Positions 61,575-64,000 of a stretch of DNA of 64,000 nt are shown here, in pieces. Within the stretch, counting starts at the first letter, position 1. Each line of letters opens with the position of its first letter. The stretch lies in NCBI GenBank assembly GCA_965287045.1, contig OZ336899.1:16430001-16494000 (forward strand). The letters are read 5' to 3'. The position numbers were made by a program, and so were the translations under genes. The stretch is from Carcharhinus amblyrhynchos. Its lineage: Eukaryota. The notes under the pieces are model-generated. The model was given only the letters and a program-made list of their open reading frames with translations, had not been told where the DNA came from and did no database searches.

Positions 61575-61860
61575 GTGCGCTGTACCTGTCTTGGGGGTGT
61601 TTGATGGGCATGATGTGGAGATGCCGGCATTGGACTGGGATAAACACAGTAAGAAGTCTTAGAACACCAGATTAAAGTCTAACTTTTAAAACTTTTAAAA
61701 GTTAAAGTTAGACTTTAACCTGGTGTTCTAAGACTTCTTACAGTGTTTGATGGGGACAGTGTAGAGGGAGCTTTACTCTGTATCTAACCCCGTGCTGTAC
61801 CTGTCCTGGGAGTGTTTGATGGGGACAGTGTAGAGGGAGCTTTACTCAGTATTTAAACCA
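61575..61860 (-). repeat. ~69-bp dispersed satellite copies flanking a Penelope hairpin
   Basis: GCTGTACCTGTCCTGGGAGTGTTTGATGGGGACAGTGTAGAGGGAGCTTTACTC. Confidence 0.9.
61609..61741 (-). mobile_element. Minimal inverted Penelope-like terminus (hairpin) in the satellite
   Basis: CATGATGTGGAGATGCC...GTAAGAAGTCTTAGAACACCAG / CTGGTGTTCTAAGACTTCTTAC. TSD GTGTTTGATGGG at 61597-61608 and 61743-61754. Confidence 0.85.
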
Positions 61861-63079
61861 GATCTAGTAAGGTTGTTGTGGAGAATGAAAAAAACCCAAC
61901 TATGAAATCTTTTAGACACTGTGCTGTTAGTTTGTATATGGAGCCATCTTGTGGTCATTATCAAAACAACACAAAGTTTTCCATTTGTGGAAATATGTCA
62001 CTGTTGTGGGATTTCTGTCTGTTCCCCACTTTTCTTTTGGATGTTGTTTACAAATGCCATCTGTACTGCAGAATATTATCAGAGCATCGTGTGTGCATGA
62101 TGCTTGAAGATTTATTCCTGGATTCTCAAAGATGCAAAAAAGAAGATAAATGAAGCAAGGAAAACAGCAGGTAATTAAAAGTAATACAAGAAATCCTGGC
62201 GGGGCGGGTGGTGGGATGGGGCCGGGGGGCGGGGGGGGGGGGGGGGGGGATGCTCCCAAAATGTTGAATTGGTGGGAAAACTATTCTAGATCACAACTGT
62301 TTTTTCAGTGCAGCTTCAGACCTGAATCTCCCCATTCTGAGTGATTCTGAGGTCCCAATCGTGAATATCAATACAAACCCAGTTGGGGTGGGGGGGGGGG
62401 GGAAAGAGAGAGAGAGAGAGGTGGTGTGTCTATTCATGCCAAAGAGCCTGAAATCAGCAGGATAAGTGGGAACCCACACATGCGCACATCGCTGGGAGAT
62501 CACTGAAAAGACCTCCCAACATCCAGATCACTGCCATCACAGACATCACTAGCCCCCACAACCTCCCCTTCCCTCCATAGATACTGCTGGTCCCCACAAC
62601 CCCAGTGACAGACATAGCTGGTCCCCTTTCCCCGTACAGACATTGCTGCCCCCACCCTGTCTCCCCCCACACACAGACATGGCTGCCTGTTCACTTCATG
62701 CTCCCATAGATCTGAATAATGCAGGCAGCCAATCCCTCCATCTTTTGAACATACTATCCTCACCTGCAGAGAACTCGCATTGTGCTGACAAACATAACCC
62801 CAGCTTGTGGCCATTCCCTCTCTTGAATGCAAGTCCTGAGTATTGCAGTCCCCACCCAGCCCCGGACACAGCAGCCTATTGAGTGGCAGCCAATCAGCAC
62901 CCTGAGGGATGAATGACACTCACTGAATACAACCTTCAAAATCTCTCACAAGCACTTGTTGCCAATGGGCCCTTGACTGGCCATACTCAATGCACCTGCA
63001 CCCCCCCCCCCCCCCCCCAGATAAGCCAGAGCTGTATATAAGCTGTGGGAATAGACACACAGCCAGTCACACCATAAAG

Positions 63080-64000
63080 ATATCTGTGTGGAAACCTGCT
63101 CCCAGATTTTTCAGAAGCCAACCAAGAGTGTCTGCTGAATTCTGTGGAGGAGAGATGTGAGTGGATCTTTCCCCTGGCCAGGTTCCTAACCCAAGGGGTG
63201 CATCTGCCATAGCATTGTGGGAGGAGGTGGTGAATGAGAGGAGCTTGACACTGTGCTCTGGCAGGCAGTGTGATTTTTAAAAAATACAACATTCATTGAG
63301 TAGCAAAAGTCAGTGAGCACACGCTTGGTATGGATCTCCAACCCTGCTTAGACACTTAAAGGGCATGCAACAAGTGAGCCTTCCCCAGGAACAGAATCTA
63401 ACTCTTTCTTCTCACCCTTCAGTGTTGACTGCTTTCCCTGAAACTGTCAGCATAGTGCCTGAGACACAGGCATGCATTGCGCACCATGCACTGCAATATG
63501 TTAATGCTTACTACCCACCTTATGTTCCCTCAGGAAAAGAACATCCACAATGCATGGAAATGACACAGACTGGTGGTGGTGTGCCTGACCTGTGGTAGCT
63601 GACTAGCATGGAGGAGTGTGCCCTGGAGCTCGCAGGGGTGATGGGCCTTCCCAATTGGTCACTGACAGCCAGGTCGGTGTACAGCATGCAAGTGAACAGA
63701 AGCGTACCCTCAACCTAGGTCTCCTCTAAGTAAGTGTGATGCAGCATGTAATGTTTTGCCTTCCTCTCCTAATGTGTATTTTTTTTTTACTGCTCTGGAC
63801 CCAGAGGAACCCGGCCCTTCAGGTGTTGCCGCTGTCCTCGCTGCTCTGGAGCAAACTGCCCACGACCCTCTGGATGATGCCTTGGAGGGAGGTACTGAGG
63901 AATCCTCCAAGGGCAGCATCACTGAAGTGGCATGGGCATGTACCACACAACCCAACAACACTGACAATGTTGAGGCTTCTAGGTCATGAACTAGCGAGGA
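63080..64000 (+). pseudogene. Decayed Harbinger Myb/SANT-like accessory ORF (NAIF1/MSANTD-like), intron-containing, running off the window end
   Basis: With frameshifts: KPAPRF/SEANQECLLNSVEERCEWIFP...WEEV...GRQC. After acceptor ctcAG (63533): EK.IHNA..TQTGGGVPDLW*LTSMEECALELAG, then an acidic segment. GC-rich sequence from ~62240 is probably the same element. Confidence 0.7.

Noticed and set aside
62198-62250. G-run tract with G-quadruplex potential
   Set aside because: Similar G/C runs are common in this window and prone to sequencing error; no evidence of function.

Overview
Repeat-rich vertebrate DNA, most likely a shark (elasmobranch). The taxonomic call is inferred from HE1-type V-SINEs, Deu-domain SINEs, abundant CR1 and L2-type LINEs and a ~69-bp dispersed satellite. 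The only host gene recognised is the 3' end of a sphingosine-1-phosphate phosphatase (SGPP2-like): two + strand coding exons at 2635-2724 and 5295-5837. The remaining ~58 kb has no recognisable host exon. It holds young and old CR1 LINEs, L2-type LINE/SINE remnants, solo LTRs, PIF/Harbinger remnants, several minisatellites and unique islands that look like developmental enhancers. The main observation is that three inverted-repeat Penelope-like insertions duplicate the same 11-14 bp of the same satellite unit, two of them with identical junctions. Penelope termini of at least three families also carry minimal hammerhead-ribozyme motifs, one with an intact core. Everything was read by eye with no database searches; boundaries of decayed repeats are approximate.
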